Assembly: GCA_963796965.1 (NCBI GenBank)
Contig: CAWCNS010000020.1
Coordinates: forward strand, 1-64,000
Source of the DNA: Calditrichia bacterium
GTDB lineage: Bacteria; Calditrichota; Calditrichia; JAJRVZ01
DNA: 64,000 nt
Direction: 5' to 3'
Part shown: positions 9,986 through 20,814 of the stretch, in pieces
Layout of the letters: every line of letters begins with the position of its first letter
Position numbering within the stretch: position 1 is the first letter of the stretch
Translations under genes and position numbers: made by a program
The notes under the pieces: model-generated
Told to the model about the DNA's origin: nothing
The model's database searches: none
Seen by the model: only the letters and a program-made list of their open reading frames with translations

Positions 9986-11572
9986 ATGATAGCATCTGTG
10001 TTCGGCCTACTCTTTTTATTCGTTTCCCATTTTATCGGGTGTTATCAGAATACCCAAAATATAAGACTGGACGAGAGTGATTCCGTTATCTATAAAAGTA
10101 GAACATATTCAATTTACAGTCATTCAGTCGTGGACTCGGTTTACGAAGGTACTGCAAATCCAGCAAGAATTCCAAATGACACTACCATCATTTCCCCGGT
10201 GCGGATCATACCAAAAGGAAAAACGGTTGTTCTGAATACATCGGATCTCTGGCATCCAGTGCCTGAAATAAAAAAATACCCAACTCTCCACACAAATCAT
10301 CCATCTATTAATGCAACTTATAATCTTGCCCTGGATCATCTTTACCGCTGTAGTTCGGGTGAATATATGCGTAATGCTGGTGAAGAGGGTATGTGGCAGG
10401 CAGGATACCGCAGAGGCGAGGGGTATGGTGTTTGGACCAGGGATGCTTGTTATATTGGTTTGTGGATGGGATCATTTCTGGACAGAGAAGTCGGTAGAAA
10501 AACCATAGAATATGTCATATTGGATGGAATTGATAATGGGGAAGATGGTTTGGCCCTTCCGGCGATCGCCGTATGGAACCATTATTTGGTTACCGGTGAT
10601 GCCTCGATCATTCAAAACACCTATATAAATTTGAAATCTAAAGTAGATAAAATTCAATACAAAAAAGAACGGAAATTAGGCTTTGCGCACTCGGGTTCCT
10701 TTATTGATTCTGGCCCTCAACCGGAGGCAGGTGGCTTCCCCCTAAGTACCAATATTCTTTATGCAGAATCATACAAAGTGATGGCGCAAATGGGCAAGAT
10801 GAAGAACGAATCGCCTGCTAAAATTGATCTATGGAATCGCAGATATGAGGATATGAAACAAACCATTAATGGTGAATTTTGGAATCCCGATCTAGGATAT
10901 TATACGCTTGGACCGAAAGGATCGGAATCTTATCAAAAAGGCCATTGGGAAAATTTAGGGCAGTGTTTGGCAATCTGGCCGCAATGGGATTATGCTGATC
11001 AAAATAGAAGAATTTCAGTTTTGCAAAATAAAGATGCCTTTTATAATAGTTATGGATTTATGGATCTCAGTTATCCCCGAACAACAAAAGAAGAGAAGAG
11101 TCTACATGGCCTGCAAGTTTGGATATTTACAGAAGTAGGTGAAGCTGCCGCCATGGCCCGGGAAGGAAGAAGTGACGAGTTACTTGAACTTCTGGCTTCT
11201 GTTATAAGAACTGCAACTATTCACAAAACCTTTCAAGAATGTGTAGATTGGAAAACAGGTGAAGCATGGCGTTACGATGGTCAGCTTTGGCATGCGATGG
11301 GTTACCTTTCTATGATTTATTATGGTGTTCTTGGCATGGAATACCGTCAAAGCGGATTATCTTTCCACAATGCGTGTGTGCCCAAACCTTTTGCAAATTT
11401 AAGTATTTCTAATTTCCAGTACCGCCAAGCTATTTTAGATATTAAGGTCAACCAATGGGGAGTTTATGATCATATGCTTTTGGATGGCCAGCCTGTTGAA
11501 ATTATTAATCCACACTTAAGTGGTAACCATGTTATTGAAATTGTGATGAAGAGTGATTCAAAAGAATTATAG
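9986..11572 (+). CDS. (alpha/alpha)6-barrel glycoside hydrolase (GH63/GH78/debranching-enzyme-like), lipoprotein
   Basis: VWTRD motif, LSTNILY, INGEFWN, QLWHAMGYLSMIYYGVLG; lipobox FIGC; start moved to ATG 9986 because the ORF's TTG lies in the IS end. Confidence 0.65.
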   Translation: MIASVFGLLFLFVSHFIGCYQNTQNIRLDESDSVIYKSRTYSIYSHSVVDSVYEGTANPARIPNDTTIISPVRIIPKGKTVVLNTSDLWHPVPEIKKYPTLHTNHPSINATYNLALDHLYRCSSGEYMRNAGEEGMWQAGYRRGEGYGVWTRDACYIGLWMGSFLDREVGRKTIEYVILDGIDNGEDGLALPAIAVWNHYLVTGDASIIQNTYINLKSKVDKIQYKKERKLGFAHSGSFIDSGPQPEAGGFPLSTNILYAESYKVMAQMGKMKNESPAKIDLWNRRYEDMKQTINGEFWNPDLGYYTLGPKGSESYQKGHWENLGQCLAIWPQWDYADQNRRISVLQNKDAFYNSYGFMDLSYPRTTKEEKSLHGLQVWIFTEVGEAAAMAREGRSDELLELLASVIRTATIHKTFQECVDWKTGEAWRYDGQLWHAMGYLSMIYYGVLGMEYRQSGLSFHNACVPKPFANLSISNFQYRQAILDIKVNQWGVYDHMLLDGQPVEIINPHLSGNHVIEIVMKSDSKEL

Positions 11573-11599
11573 AATGCTAAAAGTAAGAAAGATTTAAAG

Positions 11600-12284
11600 A
11601 TGTTCCGTTTAAAGAAAAGTGCCATAATATTTTTTCTGTTGATTCTGGCTTTATAATCAGTGGCCCAAATTCCGACTGATCAATCGCACCATTCTGCCAT
11701 TGATAGCACACCCCAAAAATGGGACGATTTTGATAAACACGGCTGGCTGCGTTAAATGAGACTTTGATGCCGGAGATATCACAGGTGATCATTATTTGGA
11801 TATTGTTGCAGGGAGATATTTTTATCGAAATCCCGCCGACAATATTGCCCAACATTGTAGCCGGACAGATTTGGGTAAAAACGTAGATGGGATGTTGTTT
11901 GTGGATGTCGATGGCGATGAATTTGGCGCTTATTATATCAGCATCCCGGATGATCCTTTAAAAGTTATTTGGGATACAGTACGAATTACAAAAAATACAG
12001 TCGATGAAGGTATTGGTATTGGTGATATTAATCCGGATGGCCATTTGGATGTTGTGCTGAGTACAATGATTAAACGCAAAGAATTATATAGTTTAAGCTG
12101 GTATAAAAATCCGTGTGATGGTACGGAAAATTGGCAAAGTTTTTCAGTTAATACAGGATTGATAGAACCCGATCGCATTATTTTAGCAGATTTGAATGGC
12201 GATCAATTATTGGATATCGCCGGGCCAAGCTGGAATGATCAGCAATATCTCCACTTGTGGCGCAACGATGCAGTAAAGAAGTAA
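11600..12284 (+). pseudogene. Internally deleted FG-GAP/VCBS propeller paralogue of 62243+
   Basis: DIVAGRYFYRNP, NVDGMLFVDVDGD, DEGIGIGD, PDRIILADLNGD and LDIAGPSW..LHLWRND match 62243-63423 with large gaps; upstream stops. Confidence 0.75.
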
Positions 12285-12329
12285 AAGACAAGAGAATAAA
12301 CTCAAAGGTCAATTAAAGAGTCTTTAATA

Positions 12330-14276
12330 ATGAAAACAGGCTATAGAGAAATTGCAACTAAGGCAATTGCAGCTTTATCAGCGGCTGTTTTTTTAACAGC
12401 CTGTATAGGATCGGGCAATGAAGAAAAACCGAATATCCTGATCATTGTTGCAGATGATTTAGGCTATTCTGATATAAGTTTTCTGCCTTATGCCTCAAAA
12501 GACGTTCAAACACCAGCTATCGACAGAATTGCAGAAAACGGAGTATTCTTTTCCAATGCCTATGCCACATCTCCCATTTGCAGCCCCTCCCGGGCAGGTT
12601 TAATTACCGGCCGCTATCAACAACGCTGGGGAAATTACTGGTATAGTGAAGGCGGGTTACCTGCAAGGGAAACCACTCTGCCGCAAATGTTAAAAAAGGT
12701 GGGTTACTACAATGTAAAGATTGGCAAAACCCATATGAACGGTGGGCCGGTACATCATCCCATGGATCATGGCTTTGATGATTTTCTTGGTTTTATTGAT
12801 CATACCTGGGATTATCTAAGATTAAGCCAGTCTGATGTAGATGCCTATGGCGAAGAAAATGCAAAAGCGGCGCATTTGGGGCCACTTCTTGAGGGCCGTG
12901 AAAAAAAATCTTATAGCGATAGTTTTACAACGGATATTTTTACGGATAAAGCAATAGAAGTAATTCAAAATAAAAAGGATCAACCTCTGTATATCGAGTT
13001 GGAATACAATGCTGTGCATCATCCCACCTATATCGGTCATCCGGGGTATCTCGATAAATATGGGATTGAGCAATTCCCCTTTTGGGACCCAAACGCAGAA
13101 AGTTATTTGGTGTGGCACCGCAAATGGGGATATTTGGGTGAAATTGATCCCGACGGACGGAAGCGTTATTTATTACAGTTAGAGGTGATGGACAATGGCA
13201 TTGGTAAAATAATAGATGCATTGGAAAAAGCAGGCGAACTGGATAATACCATGATTGTTTTTCTCTCGGATAATGGCGGCACCATCAATACTTATGCACA
13301 AAATAACCCATTAAACGGCTATAAATATATGTTTGGCGAAGGCGGTCTGAGAATCCCTATGATTATTTCTTATCCGCCACAAATTGCTAAAAAGAGTACC
13401 ACAAATCAGATGATATCCGCCATGGATATTGTACCAACCATTCTGGAAGCGGCTGGCGCACAGCGGCCAGAAAATCTGGATGGGAAATCTTTATGGAATG
13501 CTATCGATAAAAATGAAACGGTGCATGATGCATTGTGTTGGTCAAATGGCCGGGATAGTTGGGTTGTGCGTCAGGGCAAGTGGAAGCTGGCACATAATAT
13601 TGGCTGGGAGCATATCACCTATAAACTTGAAAATGGTAAGGCCAAACGAGCCGACCAAGACTATACTTATCCGGATGGTATTAATCTGTTTGATTTGAAA
13701 AATGATATTGCTGAAACAACCAATCTGGCCGCTCAGTATCCGCAGAAAGTTAAGGAGTTAACAGCAACTTATAATAAGTGGCGCAGTGAAATGTCTGATC
13801 CCCGCACATCCGATGGCGTCTTAAAACCTAAACAGGAAAAAGGCACGTTTAAGCAAAACAAACTACAGCAGTTAGGCGCTCAGATATCCTCTGATGGCTA
13901 TGATTATGAACACTATCTCAGTATGCTGATTGATGGTTATGATCAAACCTACTGGAAAACAATTGAGGGACTCAGAAACACCCCTTTGCCTCATCATGTG
14001 GCTATCCATTTAAAAACAATGGAGCCATTTTCGGTGATTAAATACACGCCGGTACCGGAAAATCTTAACCTCCGGATTTCTTCCTACAACATTTATATCT
14101 CAGAGGATGGTGTAAACTGGGGTAAGCCTATAAAAAAAGGCACTTTGCCGGATTCGGATAAAATGGTGAAAATTAAGCTGGGAAGAAAAATAGAAACACA
14201 GCATATAAAGTTTGAGGCGGTTACAGTTTATGGTAACGAGAATGAAGCCGGCATAGTCGAATTGGATATTGAGTAA
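12330..14276 (+). CDS. Sulfatase (S1, Cys-type) with C-terminal F5/8 type C (CBM32-like) domain, lipoprotein
   Basis: KPNILIIVADDLG, CSPSRAGLITGR, GKTH, SDNGG; C-terminal YNIYISEDGVNWG; lipobox LTAC. Confidence 0.9.
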   Translation: MKTGYREIATKAIAALSAAVFLTACIGSGNEEKPNILIIVADDLGYSDISFLPYASKDVQTPAIDRIAENGVFFSNAYATSPICSPSRAGLITGRYQQRWGNYWYSEGGLPARETTLPQMLKKVGYYNVKIGKTHMNGGPVHHPMDHGFDDFLGFIDHTWDYLRLSQSDVDAYGEENAKAAHLGPLLEGREKKSYSDSFTTDIFTDKAIEVIQNKKDQPLYIELEYNAVHHPTYIGHPGYLDKYGIEQFPFWDPNAESYLVWHRKWGYLGEIDPDGRKRYLLQLEVMDNGIGKIIDALEKAGELDNTMIVFLSDNGGTINTYAQNNPLNGYKYMFGEGGLRIPMIISYPPQIAKKSTTNQMISAMDIVPTILEAAGAQRPENLDGKSLWNAIDKNETVHDALCWSNGRDSWVVRQGKWKLAHNIGWEHITYKLENGKAKRADQDYTYPDGINLFDLKNDIAETTNLAAQYPQKVKELTATYNKWRSEMSDPRTSDGVLKPKQEKGTFKQNKLQQLGAQISSDGYDYEHYLSMLIDGYDQTYWKTIEGLRNTPLPHHVAIHLKTMEPFSVIKYTPVPENLNLRISSYNIYISEDGVNWGKPIKKGTLPDSDKMVKIKLGRKIETQHIKFEAVTVYGNENEAGIVELDIE

Positions 14277-14338
14277 CGGAGGATTTTAATTAATGCTTTT
14301 CCATACCGGTAAGATTCTTCATAATTAGCAATTAAAAT

Positions 14339-17053
14339 TTAGTTGATCTTTATGCTTTTCATTTCCCACTTTTTGCCTCTTTTAATATTTAATTTTGCCG
14401 TTTTTGCAGATTTAGAAGTGAGGAGGTATTCTTCTTTATCCAGATTGTAAGTTACCTCACCGATTCTGTCTATGCTGTCTAGGATAACCTCAAAGTGTTT
14501 TGTTTTAAGGTATCCAGCTACCACAAATTTACCTTGTCTTGGAATTTCAATTGGTTCGGTGTTTTGAATAAAATGTTTATTGGTTAGTTGTAGCCTCGCA
14601 TCTATTTGCTCTTTAGAAGCATTTTCCCAATGCGCTCCGCCATTAAAAGCACCCACACCCTTAAGTTCTAAGTAGATAATGAAATCCATTTTACCAACTT
14701 GTTCCGCTTTATTAATATATACTCGTGATTGTTCAACTTGCACGCGAATATCCCTATCGCCATGTATGATTGCCATTGGAGTAAGTAGATTCTCTACGAT
14801 AGTAAGACCGCCGCGACTGGCGTAAGCTTCAGGATTAGTCTGTGGAGACCCACCGATCCAACCTTTAGTTTCCATTTCATCACGAAATTCTTTTTTGATG
14901 GAATCAGCCCTATACCACAACCCGTAATCACTTATCACAAATTCAGCAACTGCGGCACTAAAATAATCCGGAAATTTACCAACAAGACTTAAAACATTAC
15001 CACCGCCACCACTGCCACCGAGAAGGCGAATACTGTTGGGATGACTGATAAGCGCTGGGTATGTTTTTTTTGCGTATTCAACTGCATCTATAACGTCTTG
15101 CAATTCCCAGCCATTGCAATCTTGTTTACCTTTGGAATCGCCCCGGCCCCGCATATCGGGCTGAATTAAAAACCAGTCATTTGACAAAGAGGGTGCTACA
15201 TCGTCTGTGCTTCGTTTTTTCGCCCGGCCATGCCAGCCATGCAGCCAAACCAATATTGGGCTTGGTTTACTTGGAACGAAAAAATTAGCGTATAATGTGA
15301 GAGAAGTGTCCTGAGATGAAGTGTAAGGTTTGTAAACCGGGTTATTTTCTAATAATTTTCTGTCAGGGACTTGAATCAATTTTTTGACGTTTTTCCAGGT
15401 ATAGAGTTCAGTACTATCTGCTTTAAATTTTACATTAATGAGATTTATTCCATCTATGTTTTCCCCGAAAATGCCTTCTTTGGCGCTGCCTGAAATATTT
15501 TCAAAAGTCATATTTTGTATTGGTTGTTCTGGCATTCCCCGTAAGTAAGAAAATTTACCTTTGTTGTTCTCAATATGAATATTCTTAAAATGAATATCTC
15601 GAAAAAGCGGAGTCGTGGGATTTAGCGCAATAAAAGTATCCGGGTTGGCGTATTTCCCATAATAGAACATATCGACGGCCAGTGGTGCTCGGTTATATGG
15701 TTTTTCGGGGAAGTTATTATTTCTATAAACACAATTCTCAACTCTTACATCTTCTACAACAGAATATGGACGATTCCTATTTGTTTTAATATTTATAATA
15801 CTGGCCACATCAATAAATTGGCAGTTTTTTACGAGGATATGCCGAGCCCCGCCGGAAACTTCACTGCCGATCGCCAATCCCAAAGTTGTCGCTCCTGGAA
15901 CTATTGTCCCATCAAAGATACAATCACGAACTGTGATATATTCGCTAGACCGGCACCGTTTATTTTCGTCAGCACTATATCTTCCGGATTTAATGGCAAA
16001 ACTGTCGTCCTGGGTTCCGAAGGTGCAGCCGACAACTGATATATTACGTGAAGCATCTGCATCCAATCCATCGGCATTATGACCCTGAACGATTGAGATC
16101 TGAAAGAATTTAACGTCAGAAAACAAAACACTGTCTGCATAAAGCAAATGGTTGTTCCAAGCTGGTGGATCCTGGAAAGTAATCCCTTGAACAAGAATAT
16201 TTGAGCTTTGGATAAAACCCAACATAAAAGGTCTGCCACCTTTTACGGTTAATTCTTTATAATGTGGCCACCATGTTTCGCCATTACCGTAGATAACACC
16301 ACTGCCTGTTATGGTAACATTCTTAACTTTATATCCTGTTATTAGATATTTCTTCTGATAGTATATCATCCCATCGGGGCCTGATAATTGCGTGGTTGTT
16401 GCTGGATAGCTTCCTCCTTCATTAAAACCAAGGAAACTCAAACGAGAACCTTCCTCAAGCTCTAATGTCATATTGCTCTTTAGTTCTATATGGTCTAGAA
16501 TATAAGTTCCAGCGGGAACAATTACTTTCCCACCCACAGCACAAGCATCAATTGTATTTTGAATGGATTTAGTATCAACTGTTTTTCCATCACCTACAGC
16601 TCCAAACTCTTTAATGCTAAAAATTTTACCAGTTTCTTTTGTAGCAATTTGAATTTCGGTGCCTTCTTCATCAGTTTTCTTAAAACTTTCATTTAGCTGT
16701 ATGGAGAATGTATAAACAGAAGAAGAGGAGAGGTTATGAACTGCATAAGTTCGTTGTTTTGTGCTGCCTATCTTTTCTCCATCTTTGAATACATAGTATA
16801 TACGCTCTATTTCTTCTGAATGAGGTTTTGTATAATCTGGTATGTTTGAATCATCCCAAAGTAGCACAGCACTTGAAGAAGTGATCCCAAGAGTTGGTGC
16901 TGATAAATTGTTAATATCTCCAATGGGAGTAAATGGTTTTGCCAAAACTGATATAGTAAAAACCAAAAATAAACAAACAATTAAATACTTCAAACTACCT
17001 CCTTTAAGAAACTGAATGTTTTTTGTATCCCATTTTGTTAGAATTGCCTTCAT
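14339..17053 (-). CDS. FN3 + GH28 (exo-polygalacturonosidase-like) fused to a C-terminal alpha/beta hydrolase (S9/esterase)
   Basis: FGAVGDGKTVDTKSIQNTID, NADG, QDDSFAIKSG, IGSE; C-terminal LHGWHG, DMRGRG, GGSGGG, IHGDRDIRV. Confidence 0.8.
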   Translation of the reverse strand: MKAILTKWDTKNIQFLKGGSLKYLIVCLFLVFTISVLAKPFTPIGDINNLSAPTLGITSSSAVLLWDDSNIPDYTKPHSEEIERIYYVFKDGEKIGSTKQRTYAVHNLSSSSVYTFSIQLNESFKKTDEEGTEIQIATKETGKIFSIKEFGAVGDGKTVDTKSIQNTIDACAVGGKVIVPAGTYILDHIELKSNMTLELEEGSRLSFLGFNEGGSYPATTTQLSGPDGMIYYQKKYLITGYKVKNVTITGSGVIYGNGETWWPHYKELTVKGGRPFMLGFIQSSNILVQGITFQDPPAWNNHLLYADSVLFSDVKFFQISIVQGHNADGLDADASRNISVVGCTFGTQDDSFAIKSGRYSADENKRCRSSEYITVRDCIFDGTIVPGATTLGLAIGSEVSGGARHILVKNCQFIDVASIINIKTNRNRPYSVVEDVRVENCVYRNNNFPEKPYNRAPLAVDMFYYGKYANPDTFIALNPTTPLFRDIHFKNIHIENNKGKFSYLRGMPEQPIQNMTFENISGSAKEGIFGENIDGINLINVKFKADSTELYTWKNVKKLIQVPDRKLLENNPVYKPYTSSQDTSLTLYANFFVPSKPSPILVWLHGWHGRAKKRSTDDVAPSLSNDWFLIQPDMRGRGDSKGKQDCNGWELQDVIDAVEYAKKTYPALISHPNSIRLLGGSGGGGNVLSLVGKFPDYFSAAVAEFVISDYGLWYRADSIKKEFRDEMETKGWIGGSPQTNPEAYASRGGLTIVENLLTPMAIIHGDRDIRVQVEQSRVYINKAEQVGKMDFIIYLELKGVGAFNGGAHWENASKEQIDARLQLTNKHFIQNTEPIEIPRQGKFVVAGYLKTKHFEVILDSIDRIGEVTYNLDKEEYLLTSKSAKTAKLNIKRGKKWEMKSIKIN

Positions 17054-17212
17054 ACTGTTTCTAAATCAAATTAAACTCACAATTGAGTTTTCTAATTCTT
17101 CTACGGAGTTTAAAACTCAGTGCTGCAATATTATTAAGTATCTAAACAGAATCGCAAGTTCCTGCTAATACCGATTGTTGGCTACTGAACTGTCAAGTTG
17201 CATGTGTATTTA

Positions 17213-17653
17213 CTAAACATTTTCAGATTCAAGATAGCCTTTTAAAAAATTAGCACCTGCTATGGCCACTATCCCATCCTGATCTGGTTTTGCTCCAGAC
17301 ACTCCGATTGCTCCAATAATATTCCCTTTATTTAATAAAGGAATTCCTCCTTCAAATGGACAAATATCGCCTACTGACAAAATCCTTAATCCTGGACCAT
17401 CAGCGGCTACAGCCTCATCATAAAATTTGGTTGCACGTTTAAAATTAACTGAAGTTCTCGCTTTAGCTTGTGCAATTTCCACACTACTGAGCTGAGCATG
17501 ATTCATTTTATTTAGGGCAACCAAATGTCCAGTACTATCGAAAATTGCTATTGTTACTGCCCAATTATTCAATAGTGCTTCTGTTAATGCTTTATCAATT
17601 ACTTGTTTTGCGGTTTCCAATGTGATTGGTTCACCGTATTCGATTATATCCAT
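17213..17653 (-). CDS. GlcG/HbpS-family heme-binding protein (DUF336)
   Basis: VTIAIFDSTG, IAQAKARTS, GGIPL, IGAIGVSG, QDGIVA. Confidence 0.85.
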   Translation of the reverse strand: MDIIEYGEPITLETAKQVIDKALTEALLNNWAVTIAIFDSTGHLVALNKMNHAQLSSVEIAQAKARTSVNFKRATKFYDEAVAADGPGLRILSVGDICPFEGGIPLLNKGNIIGAIGVSGAKPDQDGIVAIAGANFLKGYLESENV

Positions 17654-17771
17654 TTTGTAATTTCCTGAATTCTGTAATAATAAATTCCAACAAATCAATA
17701 TTTTTTAAATGTTTCGAAATTCCAAATGAAAATGCTTATAAATATAAGTGCGATATTTTGATGCTAATCAA

Positions 17772-18764
17772 TTATAAATTCAACTCCAGTTTATCGAACT
17801 CAGAATCAATAATTTCAATTTCTTCTAAAGAGAGCTTAAAACTCAACGCAGTAATATTATCAAGCATCTGAACCGGATCACGAGCTCCTACTAAAACCGA
17901 TGTTATTGCTGGCTGTTGTATTGTCCAGTTTATTGCTAATTGAGTCAGACTAACGTTTCTTGCCTTGGCAATTGGTGTTATAGCTTCTAGCATAGCCATA
18001 ATTTTTTCATGATTTCCACCTTTAAAAAATGATGTATTAGGACGATTATCACCTTTGTTAAATTTATGTCCTGGTTTGATCTTTCCAGTGAGCATTCCTT
18101 TTTGTAGAGTTGTATGAGGAAGTATGCCAATCTCATTCTCTAAGCAGTAGGGTACTAAATCTTTTTCAATGTCTCTGTGAATTATACTGTAGGCAACTTG
18201 ATTTGTAGATAGTTTAACTTTTTTTTCAGATTCGATTAATAAATCAACTGGAGAGTTGCATACCCCAGCGGCTCTAATTTTTCCTTGCTGTAAAAGTATT
18301 TCTACTGCTTCCATCGTTTCTTCAATAGCAGTTGTAGGATCAGGCCAGTGCATTTGGTATAGGTCAATGTAGTCTGTCTGAAGTCGGGTCAAGCTCTTTT
18401 CACATTCTTTAATGATGTTTTCCTTGCCATTGTATTTGTACACTTGAACAGAGTTTCCATCATTGTCTTCTGTGTCAAAGATAAAAACTCCATTAGAGCC
18501 TTCCCATGTCATACCAAATTTAGTCAGAATCTGAATTTTATCTCGTTTCCCCTTTATTGTTTTTCCTATAATTTTTTCACTATGACCCATACCGTAAATG
18601 GGTGCTGTATCTATAGTGGTTATTCCATTATTGATTGCTGTTTCAATTGTCTTAACAGCATCGGCCTCGTCAGATCCCCCCCAAAACCAACCGCCGATTG
18701 CAAATGCCCCAAATGCAATTGGAGATACCTTAATATTTGTACCGGGTAAATATTTGTATTCCAT
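17772..18764 (-). CDS. Aldo/keto reductase
   Basis: DTAPIYGMGHSE, LTKFG, SLTRLQTDYIDLYQMHWPD. Confidence 0.92.
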   Translation of the reverse strand: MEYKYLPGTNIKVSPIAFGAFAIGGWFWGGSDEADAVKTIETAINNGITTIDTAPIYGMGHSEKIIGKTIKGKRDKIQILTKFGMTWEGSNGVFIFDTEDNDGNSVQVYKYNGKENIIKECEKSLTRLQTDYIDLYQMHWPDPTTAIEETMEAVEILLQQGKIRAAGVCNSPVDLLIESEKKVKLSTNQVAYSIIHRDIEKDLVPYCLENEIGILPHTTLQKGMLTGKIKPGHKFNKGDNRPNTSFFKGGNHEKIMAMLEAITPIAKARNVSLTQLAINWTIQQPAITSVLVGARDPVQMLDNITALSFKLSLEEIEIIDSEFDKLELNL

Positions 18765-18878
18765 TTTTACTCACTATTTATTTATTAAATCTATTTTTTT
18801 ATGACAGTTACATTAAAAAGAATCTACACGGACTAGTGAATCATATCATTTCGTCTGTTCAAATTCTGATTGCAATTC

Positions 18879-18918
18879 TTGGAATCTTTTCTAAATCTTT
18901 GTACATTAACGCACTAAC
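18879..18918 (+). promoter_or_regulatory. Putative promoter plus operator upstream of the BASS symporter
   Basis: TTGGAA-17-TACATT overlapping cattaacgcactaac. Confidence 0.45.
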
Positions 18919-18957
18919 ATAATAAAATTTAAATAAAAAAAAAAGGAAAATTATACA

Positions 18958-20251
18958 TTGGCATTTACTTTTAAATCTAATTTCGTGTTTAAATACGTAA
19001 TGATATCTGCGTTTTTGATAAGTATGATTTTTATCCTAATAGGCTATTATGAACTTACAGGACCCCCTATAATAATTATGTTTTTTTCAATGGCATTATT
19101 TTTTATGCAAAGAAATTCACTTAAAAATTTCGCCTTTACAATTTGGGTTTTTGCTTTTGTTTCCTTATCGATGTACTACCCATCAACATTTGGGGAGTGT
19201 CTAGGTTTAGATTTGAAATTTCTTATTGTACCGCTTATTCAGATTATCATGTTCGGAATGGGTACTACTTTGAATACAAAAGATTTTACACGAATTTTTA
19301 AATTACCATGGCCAGTATTTATTGGAATGATGCTGCAATTTACAGTAATGCCCTTGGGCGCTTTAGCTACTACATATATATTTGATTTCGAACCCGAGGT
19401 TGCAGCTGGAGTGATACTTATTGGTTCGTGTCCGGGAGGTGTTGCATCTAATCTTATGGTATTTTTAGCCGGCGGCGACGTCGCGTTATCTGTTACTATG
19501 ACTTCTACCTCAACTTTACTCTCGCCAGTGATGACACCATTAATGATGCAGATTTTAGCTGGGCAGCTTGTCCCGATTGATTTCCTATCAATGATGTTTT
19601 CAATTTTGAATATGATTATTGTACCTATTTTTGCAGGATTGATTGCAAATAAAATATTATATGATACAGCCGAGTGGAACTTAAAATCAAGTTCCTTATT
19701 GCCTATTGCCGGGGTTGGTTTAAGCCTGGCTATTGTGTTCGCTATGATGGACATTAATCTTTTTGGTATGTTTGTTTCAATGAAAAATGGTTTAGTAATT
19801 GGAGCAGTCTTAGTTGGAGTTGTTGCATTTGCAAATTGGTTAGTGCGAGTTAAAATGAAAATTTCGATAAACTGGATGGACAAAATATTGCCTTTGGTCT
19901 CGATGGGAGGAATAATCTTCATCATTGCAATTATTACCGCTCGTTCAAGTGAAAAGCTTGCTTTCTGTTGGTTTTGCACTTATAGCAGCTGCAATTATAC
20001 AGAATTTTATTGGATATATTTTAGGATACTGGCTTTCTCGTGCAGCACGTTTAGATGAAAAAAGTTGCCGTACTGTCGCTTTTGAAGTGGGCATGCAGAA
20101 CGGAGGCATGGCAACAGGTTTGGCCATGTCTGTTTTAAAAAGTTCGACTGCTGCACTTGCTCCGGCTATATTCGGGCCATGGATGAATATTTCCGGCTCT
20201 GTACTGGCCACTTGGTGGAAAAAAAAGCCGGTTGTATCAAAAATCGAATGA
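18958..20251 (+). CDS. Bile acid:Na+ symporter (BASS) family transporter, frameshift at ~19958
   Basis: IMFGMGTTL, LQFTVMP, CPGGVASN, GDVALSVTMT, AFEVGMQNGG; the two ORFs join on removing one base at aAGCTtg. Confidence 0.85.
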
Positions 20252-20316
20252 CTTTACTTTCATAATCCGGTATGCTAATAGCACTAACCCACAAGGGTAT
20301 GATAGTTAGTGCTATT
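20248..20316 (+). promoter_or_regulatory. Promoter plus 12-bp inverted-repeat operator
   Basis: ATGACT-17-TATGCT, then aatagcactaac-16-gttagtgctatt (perfect IR); same layout as 31096-31160. Confidence 0.65.
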
Positions 20317-20322
20317 GCCCAG

Positions 20323-20440
20323 TACCTATACAAATTTAAGGCAACGATTATAGGCATATATTGACCAAGATAAGACAGGTAATCATTGCAAAAATTCTTT
20401 GTAGTGAAATGAAAGATGTTGTAGATGAAGATGTATTTTG
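20323..20440 (+). pseudogene. GntR UTRA-domain remnant
   Basis: NDYRHILTKIRQVIIAKILCSEMKDV aligns to KDYGHVLT*IRQMIQSKTICSEMKEV (5323-5400). Confidence 0.6.
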
Positions 20441-20487
20441 CATTTTTTGGCCATAGGGATGACTATTTGGACAAAGCGAGCATTAAA

Positions 20488-20795
20488 ATGTCGCTAGATA
20501 GAACAATCAAATCAGATAAAAGTGTTAAAGATGATAAGGCCTATCCAGTAATACTAAGGAGTGCTTTTGAAAAAATGTATAAAATCCGTGTATTTGAAAC
20601 GGAATGTATCAAATTATACCGGCAGGGATTAATCAGGGGATATTTTCATCCTTATCTTGGAGAAGAAGTCTATTGCTGTTGGTGCATGCGCAGCACTTAA
20701 TGAAACAGACTATATAACCAGCACCCACCGTGGGCATGGGCACTGCATTGCCAAAGGGGCCGGCTTGAAGCCGATGGTTGCTGAATTATATGGTA
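20488..20795 (+). pseudogene. Truncated TPP-dependent dehydrogenase E1 alpha paralogue
   Basis: Own N-terminus, then 20566-20789 identical to 32083-32305 except one extra T; ends abruptly. Confidence 0.85.
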
Positions 20796-20814
20796 AACAC
20801 GCCCTAGTCAGAAA

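Noticed and set aside
17150..17186. Integron attC-like site (gccaac on the minus strand)
   Set aside because: No complementary second arm and no integrase found.
19239..19979. Long antisense ORFs (e.g. 19239-19979, 37698-38378, 27503-28051)
   Set aside because: Shadow frames opposite well-supported genes, with no recognisable motifs.
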